64,000 nt of DNA from Cetorhinus maximus (GCF_964194155.1 NC_135891.1:14012001-14076000); one strand, 5' to 3'; counted from the stretch's first letter, positions 1 through 13,409 are shown. A program made the numbers and translations. Notes: generated from the letters alone by a model not told the origin.

Positions 1-469
1 AAGAGATACTTCCAATATGACTGATGTTCCCAGGCTTTGCTGCGTTTTTGGAATAGACGGATGCTTAAGCAGTGAAGCAAATAGTCTGAATGTATTGGCC
101 TTGGGATCGATCTTATAGAACCAGATATGAAGGCTTATGCCCAATTTTACAGCTCTGAAGATGCAGTTGATTGCAACTTGTGGTTTGTGACAGTTATTCC
201 CCCATCTCCCCATCTCTGCCTCACTTCTGGCTGCCTTACCCCAACCTTTGGCCAAGGAAGGTTTGCATAAGCCAACAATCGGACAGAGGTTCGAGAGTGG
301 TCAAACACTTGTTCAGTTTGAAAGCAAAGGTGAGGAAACTCTTCCACTGTGACATTGCTGGCACCCACTCTGACTGCGCCTACGCTCACTTTTGACTTGT
401 ATTTTCCTCCAGTGGATATAGCCCAACACATATTCTTCAACTTTAATAATTAGGAAATTGCAGGCAGTG

Positions 470-1180
470 GCATCCCAAATATGTTGCTGGTCACTGACGT
501 TCCTGCTAGCAAGGTTGTCTTGTAAAATTGCTTCTGCTTCATTCAAATTTGGACATTGACATTTAGTTTTCCATTTTCCAAGCGCAAGGCAGAGCCATGC
601 ACAGGCTTGCTCAGTCAGCCAAGTCTCATTTTTGCATGTGGATGTGGTGAGCTCTTCGATAAGAAATTGTACATTAAAAAAGGTCTGCTTTCGGACTATC
701 AGGTTTTAGCACCTGCAGATGAACCAAAGGAGGCATGCCCGATAGATTAGCTGGCACCAGAGCCAGGCTGCTTGCACCTACCAACATGCTAACAAGAATA
801 TTTAAACAGAAAGGGTTTCTGTGCCACAAATCTGCAGCTGAACCACTGATCGGAACTCAGGATCATGCAGGGCAATGAGCACTCCCAGGCAACAGGCACA
901 GTGTTATCATTCAAAGACAGTTATTTGGAATGCTATTGTATAAAGAATGTGACCTTGGACTACCAAGACTACCCTACAGCCATGGCGCATGAAACCCTTG
1001 TAACACTGTAACTGATGCTGAGCCCACTTGCAAGGAAACCCATGCAGTCACTGGGATCATTACTTGCATTTTGAAGTAGCGCTTCAGCTATCTCCACAGA
1101 TCAGAAGCGCATTATAGGTGCAATTCCCCTAATGGGGTCTTCATCGCTAGCTGCTGCATGTTCCATAACCCTGCCACACA
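470..1180 (+). pseudogene. Heavily decayed PIF/Harbinger DDE transposase remnant
   Basis: Manual translation gives YLNRKGFCATNLQL (about 799-840; cf. YxNRKGFHSINVQL), PLQPWRMKPL (cf. YPLxPWLMTP) and ILK*RFSYL (cf. LKxRFRCL), with stops and frameshifts. Boundaries approximate. Confidence 0.6.
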
Positions 1181-2497
1181 AACAGATGAGGAGGGGATAG
1201 AGCTTTCACCAGAATGCAGAGCAGGACTCAGTCAATCTGACTGAGCACATTGTCACACGAACATCTTTCTGGTAGGAAGACTATTGGATCTGCAATCTTT
1301 GTTAGCAAATAGGCCCTGTGATGTCCACACCCCTAGGCTGTGCAGCTGAGGAAGAGAACAAAGATGTCTCTCCTGCTCCTTTATTACAGCTTCCACTTTC
1401 TGTTCCTGTTGCATGCACTATGACGTAATAGGTGGTCCATTCTCAAATTCTAACTAAATCCTCTGGGCAAACACAGCTGTCCTGGTGACATTAGTGAGTG
1501 GCTCAGAAGTCTGTGAAAGGCCAGTGGTTTTCCACAGTACTGGAGCAGCATAAAACTGGGCAGCGAGCCAACAAAATAAAAAAGGACCTCAGCTGGAAGC
1601 GGTCGTGTCCTGCTCACTGAGAAGATTCCCCCTCTGTTCCTGTCCATAGTACAGATAACATGGAGGCCCTAGCTTTACATTGCTTCCCCACACCTGTAAG
1701 CTAAATGCTCAGTCTCCCTTGCATCTCTTGACAGACAGTGGAAAAATGGCAGCATCGGTTTCTGGAGGCTGCTTCTGTATTGTTGCTGAGGTGGTCTGGC
1801 TTCATATACTTTACATTAAAGCCAAGCCTGTTGGTAGTGATAAGGCTGTATGATACAGGGTGGTTTGATTTTGTGGGGTAAGGTAATGATGTTGAGGTAT
1901 AGCTTAGTACGGTGTTGACAAAACCTATATAAATGTTTTGTGGTACATCAGACATTGGCACCAAGTCAATGGCATTGTTGGGGCTGTTTTTAAAAAATTC
2001 CCATTTAAATTTTGGAATTTAAGTCAACTGTAACAGACTCCAATATGAAATCCTCATTACAGTACACCCACTGTGCGCAGGGTCTGGGATCTTTCCTGCG
2101 ATGGGATTATTCCTCCTCTTTGTGCTGATCACACATTGGAGGATGTCAATGCTGGGGAATGGAGCACTCTTCCATGTTGAGCAGTCAGTGTTGGTAACAA
2201 ATATTCCGAGCTCACGTACTGTCTGAGCAGATGTAGAGTAGAGCTATTTCTCATCCTCCCTACCATACATTCTATTCTTTAATTGCAGCTTAATTGTGGG
2301 TTGAAGGAAATCATTTATGCACAGAGGAAAAAATCATTCATCCTCCAATCCACCCTAACTCCAATCTGATTCTTCACTAGACCATCATGAATGGTTCTAT
2401 TCCTCACACCAAAATAACCAATGCTTTCTCTGAGTGAGCCATCAATTTAATGCTATATAATGAACAGTTTTTTCTTTACTTGCATGCTAGGTTGAGA

Positions 2498-2775
2498 CAC
2501 TTTTTAATTCATTTTTGGGATGTGAGCGTTGGTAGTAGGGCCAGAATTTATTCCTCATCACTAATTGCCCTTGACCATTACAGTCCATGTTGTATGGATA
2601 AACTCGCAGCATTTTTAGGGAAAGAGTTCCAGGATTTGGATGCAGCGACAGTGAAGGGACAGCGACAGAGTTCCAAGTCAAGTTGGTGTGTGGTTTGAAG
2701 GCAGAATTGCAGCTGGTGGCCATCGCATGCGTCTTCTGTTTGTGTTCTTTTAGCTGGTAGAGGTTGTGGTCTGTG
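2498..2775 (-). mobile_element. 3' fragment of L2/Crack-like LINE
   Basis: Reverse complement resembles the 3' end of the 28947-31145 element (SKSWNS motif, CACATCCC..AATGAAT..A tail). Confidence 0.7.
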
Positions 2776-4187
2776 CAAAACCAATAGTTTAGTCATTGTC
2801 AGACATGGCCCAGTTCCTGTTAATAAATTGAATCAGCCACGTGTGGTGGAATTTTCCATTCTGGAGACTAAGTCTGGTGGTGGGCAAGAAAGTCAGCATG
2901 ATACCCGCTTGGCGGCAGGGCGGGTGAACAAGCACAATCTTCCGCTTTTCAGATCAGTAATTTTGCATCAGTGAGGAGCTTGACAAAACTCGTGGCAGGG
3001 ACAGGCAGGAAGTCGCCTATCCTGCACTTGTCTCATTGGGTCAGAAGTCCTGGCGCCATTTCTAAAGGGCACCTGGGCAGACATTCGCTCACTGCAGTCC
3101 AGGAGCTCTGCATTTCTCCTACATAGTCCTTGCAGCCGCAGCTCACATTGGAGAAGCTCACAAATGTGAGCAACAACATCCTGGGACATAGAAGGGCACC
3201 TTTGGCATTGCCTTTCCCTCATCTCTAGGTAAGAGCACTGCCAGCGATACGCCCATGGCCGGGCCAATGCTCAATGTTTCAGTGGTCCATGTTCACCAGC
3301 CTTTTGACCTTTTAAAGGCTCTGCTGCCTCTTGCGGCTCAGGCCCTTGCTCCTCCTGGTCCTGTGCCAACCAGTGATGGGTCCTCCTTCTCTTCATCTGG
3401 ATAAGAGCCATTACCACGGCAGGATTGCCTGCAGCCTGTATCATCAACGCCTCAGTGGATGTGTGAACGAATTGAAGTGATACATTTAGTGAGCACGTCC
3501 TTTACAGGTTTACCTCCATCTCAAAACCAGCAGGCAAGTACTGGCCTCCATCTAGACATGGCATCTCCAACCCAAACCTTCCAGGGAAGGACATCCTGGA
3601 GGACCAGAGATTGATGTTCCTCCTGTTCATGATGTGCGTGGAGACATTGCTTTTTGACCAGGGTGATGAGAGCCATGTGCAAGAAGCCTCACGTGACACT
3701 TTTCCATTTGTCTCCACCACCCTCGAGACTCTACAGAGAGACCATTGCCTTGCAGTATAGAAAGGCTAACCGCATGGTCCCTTTGTAGCCATTCTGCATG
3801 ACCATTCACCCAGCAGGATGGAGGTTTGGAGTTGCAAGATGGCTGCCCTCCATCCATTGTGCCCCTTGCAGGCATTCCACCTCCCTTCATCTCTGCCTCT
3901 GACTGCGGTCAATGGCAAATGGCACAGAATGAACGGCAGCTCCACACCTTGCTGGGGTCTTGTTATTATGAGATCAATGAGTCGGCAAGAAACCTGCTGC
4001 TGTGAGGGCTTCACGATAAAGAGGGGAACACAAGTGAGCATCTTTGACATCCAGTTCCCTCATAATTATTATGGCATCCCTTTAGTCAGCCACTTGTGCT
4101 GACCTTGAACTCCACCCACCCGCAAAGACCCTCCTCCCACCTCGAGAGATCTGACTGACTGACTAACTGCGAGGTCAAGGTCAGATT

Positions 4188-4495
4188 TTAGGGATCCATA
4201 ACCAGGGGGCATAGACTTAAGGTAAGGGGCAGGAGGTTTAGAGGGGATGTGAGGAAGAATTTTTTCACCCAGAGGGTGGTGGGAATCTGGAACTCACTGC
4301 CTGAAAGGGTGGTAGAGGCAGAAACCCTCATAACACTTAAGAAGTATTTGGATGTGCACTTGTGATGCCATGGCATACAAGGCTATGGGCCTAGTGCTGG
4401 AAAATGGGATTAGAATAGTTAGGTACTTGTTTGACTGGCGCAGACTCGATGGGCCGAAGGGCCTTTTTCTGGGCTGTAGACCTCTATGACTCTAT
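4188..4495 (+). mobile_element. 5'-truncated CR1 LINE 3' end
   Basis: Encodes [31 protein letters not shown] and ends in GACTCTAT repeats; highly similar to 9700-10011. Confidence 0.9.
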
Positions 4496-4559
4496 GCGAT
4501 TGGGAAAATGATGCACGTCACCTTTCAAACTCGCTCCGCCACCTTCTACCCTCGCGCTG

Positions 4560-5065
4560 TGACCCACCAACTTCCCCACATCAGCCTTGACACACAATAT
4601 CACCTCTCCCTTCTGTCACCCTTGAACCTCTCCCTGTCACCCTGGACCCGATCACGGTCCACCTCGACATGCCTTTTCTCTCTTCACTGTCAACACCCTT
4701 TACCCATCCCTATGCCCACCCTATCCCTGCCACCTCTCGTTATCTGAACCACCTGTCTTGTCCCCCTCCACGACCCACCCAATGAAACCTTCACCAACCG
4801 AACTCTCACCCTGGACCTGCCACCCTACCGCATCCCACTCCCCGACTCTGACTGTGACTCTTCCCTCCTATCTCCAGTACCCTAAGTTGTCCCCTGAGGG
4901 CCCAACCATCGACAGCACCGACCCTGTCCTTTAAGACCCTTCCTCCCCTTCCCTGAACTCTCTCCCCACCCTTCTCCCGTAAGACTTGCTCCCCTGTCCA
5001 GCCTTCGCTCCACCCGTTCACCCTACCACCCCCTTCCTGCCTTCGCCTGACCCCCCTTGTCCAGC
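4560..5065 (+). repeat. C/T-rich low-complexity tract inside the Harbinger element
   Basis: Recurring ACCCT/CCCT motifs with strong pyrimidine skew. Confidence 0.7.
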
Positions 5066-5820
5066 CTTTGCGCAGCATTTGCAAACATCACTCGAATGAA
5101 GTTAAGTCGGGTCCCAAAGAAGGAGAAAGCAATATCTACGGACCTCAAACTTGTGGGAGGAGTGAAGCTCGCCTGGCGCACGCCACTTATAGCCAGTCGT
5201 AAAACTGAACATTCTGAATTCCCGCTGGTGGGAAACTTAATTTGGACAGCGAATTTAATTCCAGTGAGCTGGCCTTTTAATGAGCATGCATGAGATGCTA
5301 ATACATGCAAATGGGGTGCCCAACATTGTTTGTCAGGAAGCTCGACCTGCCTTTAACCCGTCTTGAACGTCGGGAGAGCAAAATTCCAACAGTTTATCCT
5401 GCCGTCGGGAAACAGAGTTTTGCCAAATTAAGGACCCCTGTCTGTCACAATTCTTGCTGCTGGTGGGACTGGGAAATTCCACCCTGATTGCTGTTCATTT
5501 GACTTTTAACACGGGAAAATTTCAGATAACTGTAGTAAGGCAACACCTTTAGACTTTGTGGAAGCGAATGGCTCTTAACCCTTCGGAAAGCCTTTTTTTA
5601 TGTGATTTTATCTAATCATTGATTAACAGGCAAGAGCAGAGTGTGGGACAGTAAATGATCCAAGGTCACTGGACAGGGGGCAAAGTTTTCTCAGTAATAC
5701 TGTTCACTCTCAACAAGAGATTACAGCTTCAATAATGATTGGGGATGGGAGGGAGACCCATGCAGGGAACAAATGCCGACAGATATAGAGACTGCTCTTA
5801 GTGGAATTGAAGCCTACTAT

Positions 5821-7099
5821 TGTGACAGATGTGTTTTGGATTTGACCCAAGCTCTCCAACCACTATAAATTCTATCCCAATTATGAATTTCAAATCAGCA
5901 CTGAGGTACATGAAGCTCTATTGCTACAGGCAGGGGAGATAAGGGGGGATGGTTCTCCCTTTCTCCACCTCTCGACTGGCCACAGAAAAATATGTTTTTT
6001 TTTAAAAGGAAAGAGTGTTTTAACCCCTTGAGTGCTGTGACTCTCAACAACCAAACAGAAGACCAGTTTTCTCATAAGTTTTTAAAAAAGGAAGAGTAAA
6101 TGTTTATTTCTCAACACCCAAATGTATACGCAACAGCACCCACTCACACACACACACACACACACATAAGAAAAGGTGATTACAAAAGAGGCAGGATGCA
6201 CTTAGATTTTTTTTTAAAGTTCAAAAAAATCGCTGCTTTCTTGAGTCTTACCCAATGGAAGCTTGTAACATTGCAGGCCTGATGATTCACTTTTGGTTCA
6301 CTGAGGAAATGGAGGTTGGAAGTTTCCATCGATGAATTCGCAGTGGTTTACTACTTGCAGCAGCAGGTTTCCTGCTTTCTGGCATGAGTCATGCTGCAGT
6401 CGAGCTCCTGTAGCAAAGATCTGGCTGTGTTCTTCAAATTGGTAGGCGAAACGCTAGCCTCACTTCTCCGCCTGCTAATTCTAGTGGATTCTAGGCAAGG
6501 TCCTTCCTTTGCTGGGTGGGATCTCGTCCCTCTCTTCCTCTGTCCCAGGCTGACTGACATGAGGCTTCTTTCAAAATGTATGTTAATAAATGTTCCTTAT
6601 CACAAGCTGTTTTTTGTCAGATGGCCATAGTATCTGTTTTTCCATTGTCTACGCAAATGGTCCCTGATGACTTAAGCATTGGCACACAATAAGGTTTGAA
6701 TTTTGGCCATTCTCATCTCATGACAGAATGGCTTCTGGTCACACCCATTCTGTGGGATTCCCTTCTGCATCCAGGAAGTCTACAGAGCCATTGTGCACTA
6801 AGTTCTGCAGTTAAATTGGCAATAACGGGCCATTAAATCCACAGGAAAGATCTGTTGCATTTTAATGTCTTTTCAATGGAACATCCCAAAAGATTGTTTG
6901 CATTTTAAGGTCCTGATCAGACAAACAAGCTAAATTCCAACCTGGTGCAGTTTCATGCATGTTGGCAGCTAAGAAAGGAGGACACCTGACTTCTCGATTC
7001 CACCTTGTTTTAACACAAATTGTCCCTTCTCCATTTTGTGTTTAAACATAAAAGTGTCCATTTCCATAAATCTGCAAGTATAACTGCGTGGGTGCGACA
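5821..7099 (-). mobile_element. Probable solo LTR (reverse orientation)
   Basis: TG...CA ends with CTAT/CCAT flanks. Minus strand has (TG)n, then AATAAA, then TTTAAAAACTTA, the same layout as 10826-10935. The right boundary is tentative. Confidence 0.35.
6139..6166. repeat. (CA)n microsatellite
   Basis: Direct observation. Confidence 0.9.
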
Positions 7100-8435
7100 C
7101 CATTCCAAGGTTGGTACCAATTAAAAAAAAACTGATAGATACATATTAAGGCTTCTGAATTGATGCTCCCTTTTCCCTTTCTCTGTTTCACTACTTTTTC
7201 CCACCATATAGCCTGCAACTCACCTAATACTGCTGTTGACTCATGTCAGACCACTTCCACTCTCCTTTGCTGATCATAGACAAGTTTGTATGCGTATACA
7301 CATACTTTTATAGCTTTTTAAAATACAACAAATTTTAGTGTCACTAAATAAGTATATAAATGCTTGTTGTTGTCTAAGATTGATTAGTTTATCGGTAACT
7401 GTGGTTTATAATGAAACAATTTATTTGGAGACTTGATGCCTTATTCCAAATCCATGAAGTGTATTTGTTTGAATGGACTATTGGATTTGTTAGTTCGTAC
7501 AAATGGGGAAACTCAATTTAAATATTGAGCCAGAATAGTTTCAGTGTAAATGCTGATCAATTCTTTCAGATAATCAGACTGATACTGAGGTACCTTTAAC
7601 ATCACCAAAACTGAGTTATTTTCATGCTGTAAAATATTTGCCAGCAATTCCCACTTGTCTTTTGTCCCTGAAGTACTATATCTGACCTAGGAGTGCATGG
7701 AAGTAACAATAGGTGACAACATTTGCAAAATATTTTGCTTCCCACCACTGATCCTTCCACCTGATGAGTACAACATATCAGGTACATTTTATTATTGAAC
7801 CATTCTTTGAATTGCTTTTAATGTTGCATATTTATACATTTATATTTTATAACGTACTTTTGGAAAAGTCTATGATGGTTTCTGGGCACATTTTCTCGAA
7901 TATGTGCAGGAATTACAGTCACACAGGAGCCAGTGTACATTGCCCGTTGATCTAAATTGGGTGTATAATTCACACTTACAGGCAGAAATGTGCACAGCAT
8001 TTTAGTAGATCAGCTGTTGAAACAAAGCTCACCATTCTGGAGGAACGTTGAATATCCCTGATAGTTAAGTATCTGCTCAACGACATTATTACCTTGATGA
8101 GATTAATTTTCTTGTATAAATAAGAGATTTGAGGATGCAAGCCCAATAATCTTAATGATGATAGAAACATTACACCCTAAATAAACCCTGTTTGCCAGGA
8201 GACGCTTTGTATATGCAAAGTGTAGACAGAAGATTCTTCAGGTGAGTAATTGCACAACCTTGTGTCACGCCTCAGTATATTCTGAATTTCAAACCAGTTT
8301 TTATATTTTAAAACTGACCACAAAAGGCTGTAAAAGATGGGCGCCCAAGGGCCACCTAACTTCTTTTGTGGATTGAAACCACTCCCCAGACTCAAGACGG
8401 AACAGAAGAATCATTCCAGACTGATTTTGAATCAA

Positions 8436-8696
8436 AACAAAAACAGAATTACCTGGAAAAACTCAGCAGGTCTGGCAGCATCGGCGGAGAAGAAATCAGT
8501 CAACATTTCGAGCTTTCATGGCCCTTCGGCAGAACTGAAGCATGCTTATGCTTCAGTTCTGCCGAAGGGCCATGAAGGCTCGAAACGTTGACTGATTTCT
8601 TCTCCGCCGATGCTGCCAGACCTGCTGAGTTTTTCCAGGTAATTCTGTTTTTGTTTTGGATTTCCAGCATCCGCAGTAGCTTTTAGCTTTTTGTTT
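8436..8696 (+). mobile_element. Penelope-like element remnant: inverted pseudo-LTR pair (fold-back)
   Basis: 111-bp arms 8433-8543 and 8548-8658 with a 4-nt loop; 14-bp direct repeat TGATTTTGAATCAA at 8422-8435 and 8697-8710; arms are homologous to the pLTR attached to the GIY-YIG fragment at 21765-22361. Confidence 0.85.
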
Positions 8697-8991
8697 TGAT
8701 TTTGAATCAATGCCTTTTCTTAAAACTAATTCAAAAAGATATTATCACTTGAGTGAGTCATTCAAATATGAAAGCACTGTCTGTCTCAAACTCTCAAGGT
8801 GTCAAATGGCGACACAAGTGATCGGAACCAATATATACACCACCCTTTCTTTGGAAAAAGGACTTTGAACTTCTGGAAGTCACATGACGAGGGAGCCATT
8901 TCGTTGTCTGCTTTTAAATCAACTAGAAGCAGAGAGTTCCAACAAAAGCCGTCGGATGGGCTACAAACCATCAAGCAGCCAAGATAATTAA

Positions 8992-10012
8992 CATGGTTCG
9001 GTGCAGGATCCCTTGCTGTTTGTAATGTACATTAACGTTCTAGACATGAATGCAGAAGGTATGATCAATAAGTTCGCAGATGACACAAAAATTGGTGGTG
9101 TGGTAAATTGCGAGGAGGAAAGCCGTGGAATACAGGACATGTAGATGGGCTGGTCAGGTGGGCAGAACAGTGGCAAATGGAATTTAATCCTGAAAAGTGT
9201 GAGGTGGATGCACTTTGGGAGGACTAACAAGGCAAGGGAGTACACGGTGAGTGGTAGGACCCTAGGAAGTACAGAGGATCAGAAGGGTCTTGGTGTGCAT
9301 GTTCATAAATCCTTGAAGGCAGCAGGACAGGGAGATAAGGTGGTTAAGAAGGAATATGGGATACTTGCCTTATTAGTCGAGGCATTGAGTACAAGAGCGG
9401 GGAGGTTATGAAGGAGCTCTATAAATTGTTAGTTAGGCCACAGCTGGAGTACTGTGTGCAGTTCTGGTCACCAAACTATAGGAAGGATGTGATTGCACTG
9501 GAGACGGTGCAGAGGAGATTCACCAGGGTGTTGCCTGGGCTGGAGTATTTCAGCTATGAAGAGAGACTAGATAGACCGAGGTTGTTTTCGTTAGAGCAGA
9601 GAAGGCTGAGGGGGAACCTGATTGAGGTGTACAAAATTATGACTGGCATAGATAGGGTAGATAGGAAGAAACTTTTCCCCTTAGTGGAGGTATCAATAAC
9701 CAGGGGGCATAGATTTATGTTAAGAGGCAGGAGGTTTAGAGGGGATTTGAGGAAAAATGTTTTCACTCAGAGGATGGGGGGTATCTGGAACTCACTGCCT
9801 GAAAGGGTGGTAGAGGCAGGAACCCTCACAACTTTTAAGAAGTATTTAGATGAGCACATGAAATGCCATAGCATACAGGGCTACGGGCCAAGCGCTGGAA
9901 AATGGGTTTAGAGTAGATGGGAGCTTGATGACCAGCCTAGACAGGATGGGCCGAAGGGCCTCTTTCCGAGCTGTAAAACTCTTGACTCTATCCTCTGTGA
10001 CTCTATGACTAT
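8992..10012 (+). mobile_element. 5'-truncated CR1 LINE (RT C-terminus and 3' tail)
   Basis: KFADDTKIG, LVRPQLEYCVQFWSP and WNSLP motifs (ORF 9408-9911); GACTCTAT tail. Confidence 0.95.
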
Positions 10013-10031
10013 GAGCACCTTGAAAGTGTAA

Positions 10032-10588
10032 GAGCAAAATTTTTAGCTCAGCAGGTGGGCAAGTGCCGTTAAAGGGTCAAGTGAATAGAATTTTTCGCTG
10101 CCCGCCCAACCTTACGGTTGGCAGGCAAGTGAAAAGGCCAAGCGGCCTTTGCAGTTTTTAGGAAACCTCATCCACAGGCTGGATGAGGTTTCCTCAAGTA
10201 AATAAAAATAAAATTAAAAGTTTAAAAATTTTAATTAATAACATGTCCTTGCCCATGGGACAGAGCCACAGGAGGGGACATGTTTTATTACATTGTTTAT
10301 TTATTTATTTTAAGTGTTTCATTTCCCTGAGGCAGCTCTATGCCTCAGGGAGATTACGAATTGCGCGCTCGTGTGCACGTGTGAAGGTCATGCTCACCCT
10401 GCTCGCACTCCCCCCCCACCCGCACAGGCAGCGCTGAGCACTGCAGCTCTCGTTTCACGCTGGGCGGGCCTTAATTGGCCCACCCAGCGTGAAATCACCT
10501 TACGGCCTCAATTATGGGCGGTGGTCGGCTTCCCAACCGCCCCACCTGCCCCCCACTGAGCCTGCCCGACAAGGGTGAAATTCTGCCC
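10032..10588 (+). mobile_element. Harbinger-type MITE, family A
   Basis: TIR GAGCAAAATT ... AATTCTGCCC; 3-bp TSD TAA (10029-31 and 10589-91); shared internal hairpins. Confidence 0.85.
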
Positions 10589-13409
10589 TAAGGTTCTAAC
10601 AGAGAGAAGGACCCCCCCCAACCCGTTCCAGGTAAAGTTCACCTGAGAACCACCCTCCTGGAAATTTGACTACAAGAGACCTCACAACCTGCTGATAATC
10701 TTTTGCTTTACAAAGTTGTCACTTTGACTTTAAAGCATCACCTGCAACTAAGAAACTAAAGGCCTGAAAGAGACTGAGATACTAATAAGCTGAAACAGTA
10801 CATTACCATCGCCTGTATCTAATCTTTGTGTGTGTGAGGGTGTATGTGAGGTAAGTGTATGTGAGTGAAGCATTGCATCATTTCGGGGTGAGTCTGTGGT
10901 AATAAATTACTTTCTTTATTTTTAAACTTACAAAACACTTGCTGCTGGAATTATTTAATTGGGACACTCAATCTGAGTTAAGAAAATACTTACCTCTTAC
11001 ACAAACATACTGATCACGGGCAGTTGAAAGGAAACACATAAATTCTGTCCGTGACAACTGGCAACAAATATGCATTCTGTAGCTATGTTCCAATGGCAGG
11101 CGCCATGGTAAAGTAAGTATAAAAGATATCCTGTCCACTCCAGAGACCTGCAGCTTGTCTATGTGAACTATGGAAATTCTGATCAACTCCTGTCTTATCA
11201 TTGTAATGTAAAATAATCATTATAACATTGACCAGATTGGAGGGGAGGATGAAGACTGTTCAATCCAGAATGATACTGTGTTTTACACCTGGCTTGCATA
11301 CAAATCAGAATTTTTACAGAATAATCTAGAGTTTGGCAGCATGTACCAACAATGCGCTCTGGAACAGATTAAGGGACTCAACCCTCGCTTTTGTTTACAG
11401 TAAAACTGAACAGATTCATGTTTAACAGTAATAATCAATTGTTCACCAATTTGTCAGAACAGCCTAGGATATATATTGCATTTCACATTGTTAGCCTTCC
11501 AAACCCATCCAGCAAATGTAAACCAGCACGTCTCTAAATGAATAAGCACCTTCTCTTGACTATTGGTGCCTCTTGTTTTTGGAGTGTCCCATGAATTGAT
11601 GCCTTAGCCATTGGACAATCAGTTTATTGCTTAAGGAGAGTGTAGTGGGGGGGTCTAGAATCTGAAATGAGGTTTTAGCAAAAGGACATATAGCTGCTGA
11701 AATTTGCAAAAGATATATCAAACAAATGAATACAAATTAATTTAAATCAAGACTAAATGCTCTCCGTTAGTCCAGTTTAAAACCCCAATTACCAAATATT
11801 TTGGAGAAAAATAATTTATTTTCAAAGCTGGGGAAAGCTTTTAGCTGATGTCGACATTATGTAATTACCAACATATCAAGTCTGTAGAAACGGCCTTTGA
11901 GGTTTGTTTCTTGTGGCAGAAGTGATGGTGTGTGTCAGTGTCTATTACTGTAACCTTCATGAAAACGCTGTCTGATAGACTGTTTCATTTTCACTGCAAG
12001 CGGAACAAAGGCTAGTTGACTTGTTGCTCAATCTCCAGTTTTATGGAGCCATTTGCTTTCTGGCCCACCTTTGGTTGTTTTGGAGGCAGCTGATTCCACC
12101 ACAGGTTTCTGCCAAAATCCATGATGTCTGGAAAGACTTAACGTCCCTAAAGCCGCACTGCTGCATGTAGCTACACGATCACAAGGACTGACATAGGGAC
12201 AGAAGGTGCAGGCAGAGTTGATTTTAAAAGAAACTTTTTTTTTGTGTTGGTCACATGAGGTAAAGACTGTATCGGTATGACGAGATGTTGCAAGAATTTT
12301 CTCTCTGCACATACCTATATCGCAGGCGATGAATAAGTGTGCATATTATACAGAGAACCAAAATCAAATTGGTGTTGAGGAGTCTTACGGGAAGGGCTAA
12401 AAATACAATGCTGCAGATGGTGACATTTCTCTTAAAGCAACATGGCATTAAATGCATATCAACTGACAGTTAGAAGGGAGTAAGTTATTTCTGCTCTTTG
12501 ATTACTCTTGGTAGTGGTGTCTTAGCAGCAAAGCCAATTCGAAAGAAGTTGACTTCCACATTCTTCCAATTCTGGCCTCCTGTGAATCCCCTACTTCCAT
12601 TGGCTCACCATTGGTACCCATGCCTTCAGCTGCCCAGGCATTAAGCCTTTTGTTCTGCCTCTAATCCATGCTGAATATGACCAGGCACTGTTACAGGGCC
12701 AATGTAGGGGAACTCTGCTTCCAACCCCTGGTTTGTCGTCCCATAGAAAGGTTTGCTGTTTGTGCTAAGTACCGAAATGTTTTATTCTTCGTGTATCAAC
12801 ATCTCTCAGAAGCACAAAAGTTGTAATAAAATGTATTTCTTCACCGCCCAATGAGTTTGAAGCTGTCATGTCTAATGATGGGCTCTATTCCCCCATGTGA
12901 TATCTCTGCACTGATGCCTAACGTTTATTGGGAGTGCAATGGGAGGTGAGGTACAGAGGAGAATTAGATTTCAAAAAGACATGATACAATTTGAAGATAT
13001 AGCTTTTATTCGAAACTTTCTGTGAATTTTGCCTTCCTCAAAGTGAAAGGTGAGGGGCGTTAATGGTAGGAAATGGCAGCAGCCTGAGGAAGAATCAAAC
13101 ATGTCCAGACCAGCTAGAACATGGATCAATGTGGAGTAAAACTCAAGTCACTCTGTTCTAACAGTGTAACTGAGCCAAGTCTCTGAAAAACCTCCTATTG
13201 CAATGGTCTCCATGCCTTTTCTATCATGAACTATATAGATGTGTAGCATGACCCTCGGGGGAAATATATAAAGTTTAAATCAGTGTTTGTACTAATGTGC
13301 AGATATCTCCAGTAGCTGCTATTAAATGCTCTTGGATGTTCTAATTAGGAATTATCCACCAGTGAAACAGCAACACTGAAGTCAGTCCTTTCCAATTCAT
13401 CTTTTGAAT

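Larger units (their letters stand above)
2844..5484. mobile_element. Non-autonomous/decayed Harbinger element, interrupted by a CR1 tail
   Basis: Termini TGGTGGAATTTTCC ... GGGAAATTCCACCC form an imperfect TIR. Minus ORF 2968-3267 (YRWQCSYLEMRERQCQRCPSMSQDVVAHICELL) resembles the Harbinger transposase N-terminus also seen at about 53100 (VYRRQCSYLNM). Confidence 0.6.
8263..11056 (+). mobile_element. Probable LTR (about 0.95 kb net) interrupted by three younger insertions
   Basis: Terminal inverted TGTCACG (8263) ... CGTGACA (11056), (TG)n plus AATAAA at about 10900, followed by AC-TGGCAAC (PBS-like, as after the 24684 LTR). No clean TSD. Confidence 0.45.

Noticed and set aside
8433-8658. pre-miRNA or terminator
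   Set aside because: The arms are Penelope pLTR sequence with a TSD, which fully explains the hairpin.
12028-12312. 94-aa minus ORF in unique DNA
   Set aside because: No recognisable homology or consistent splice structure.
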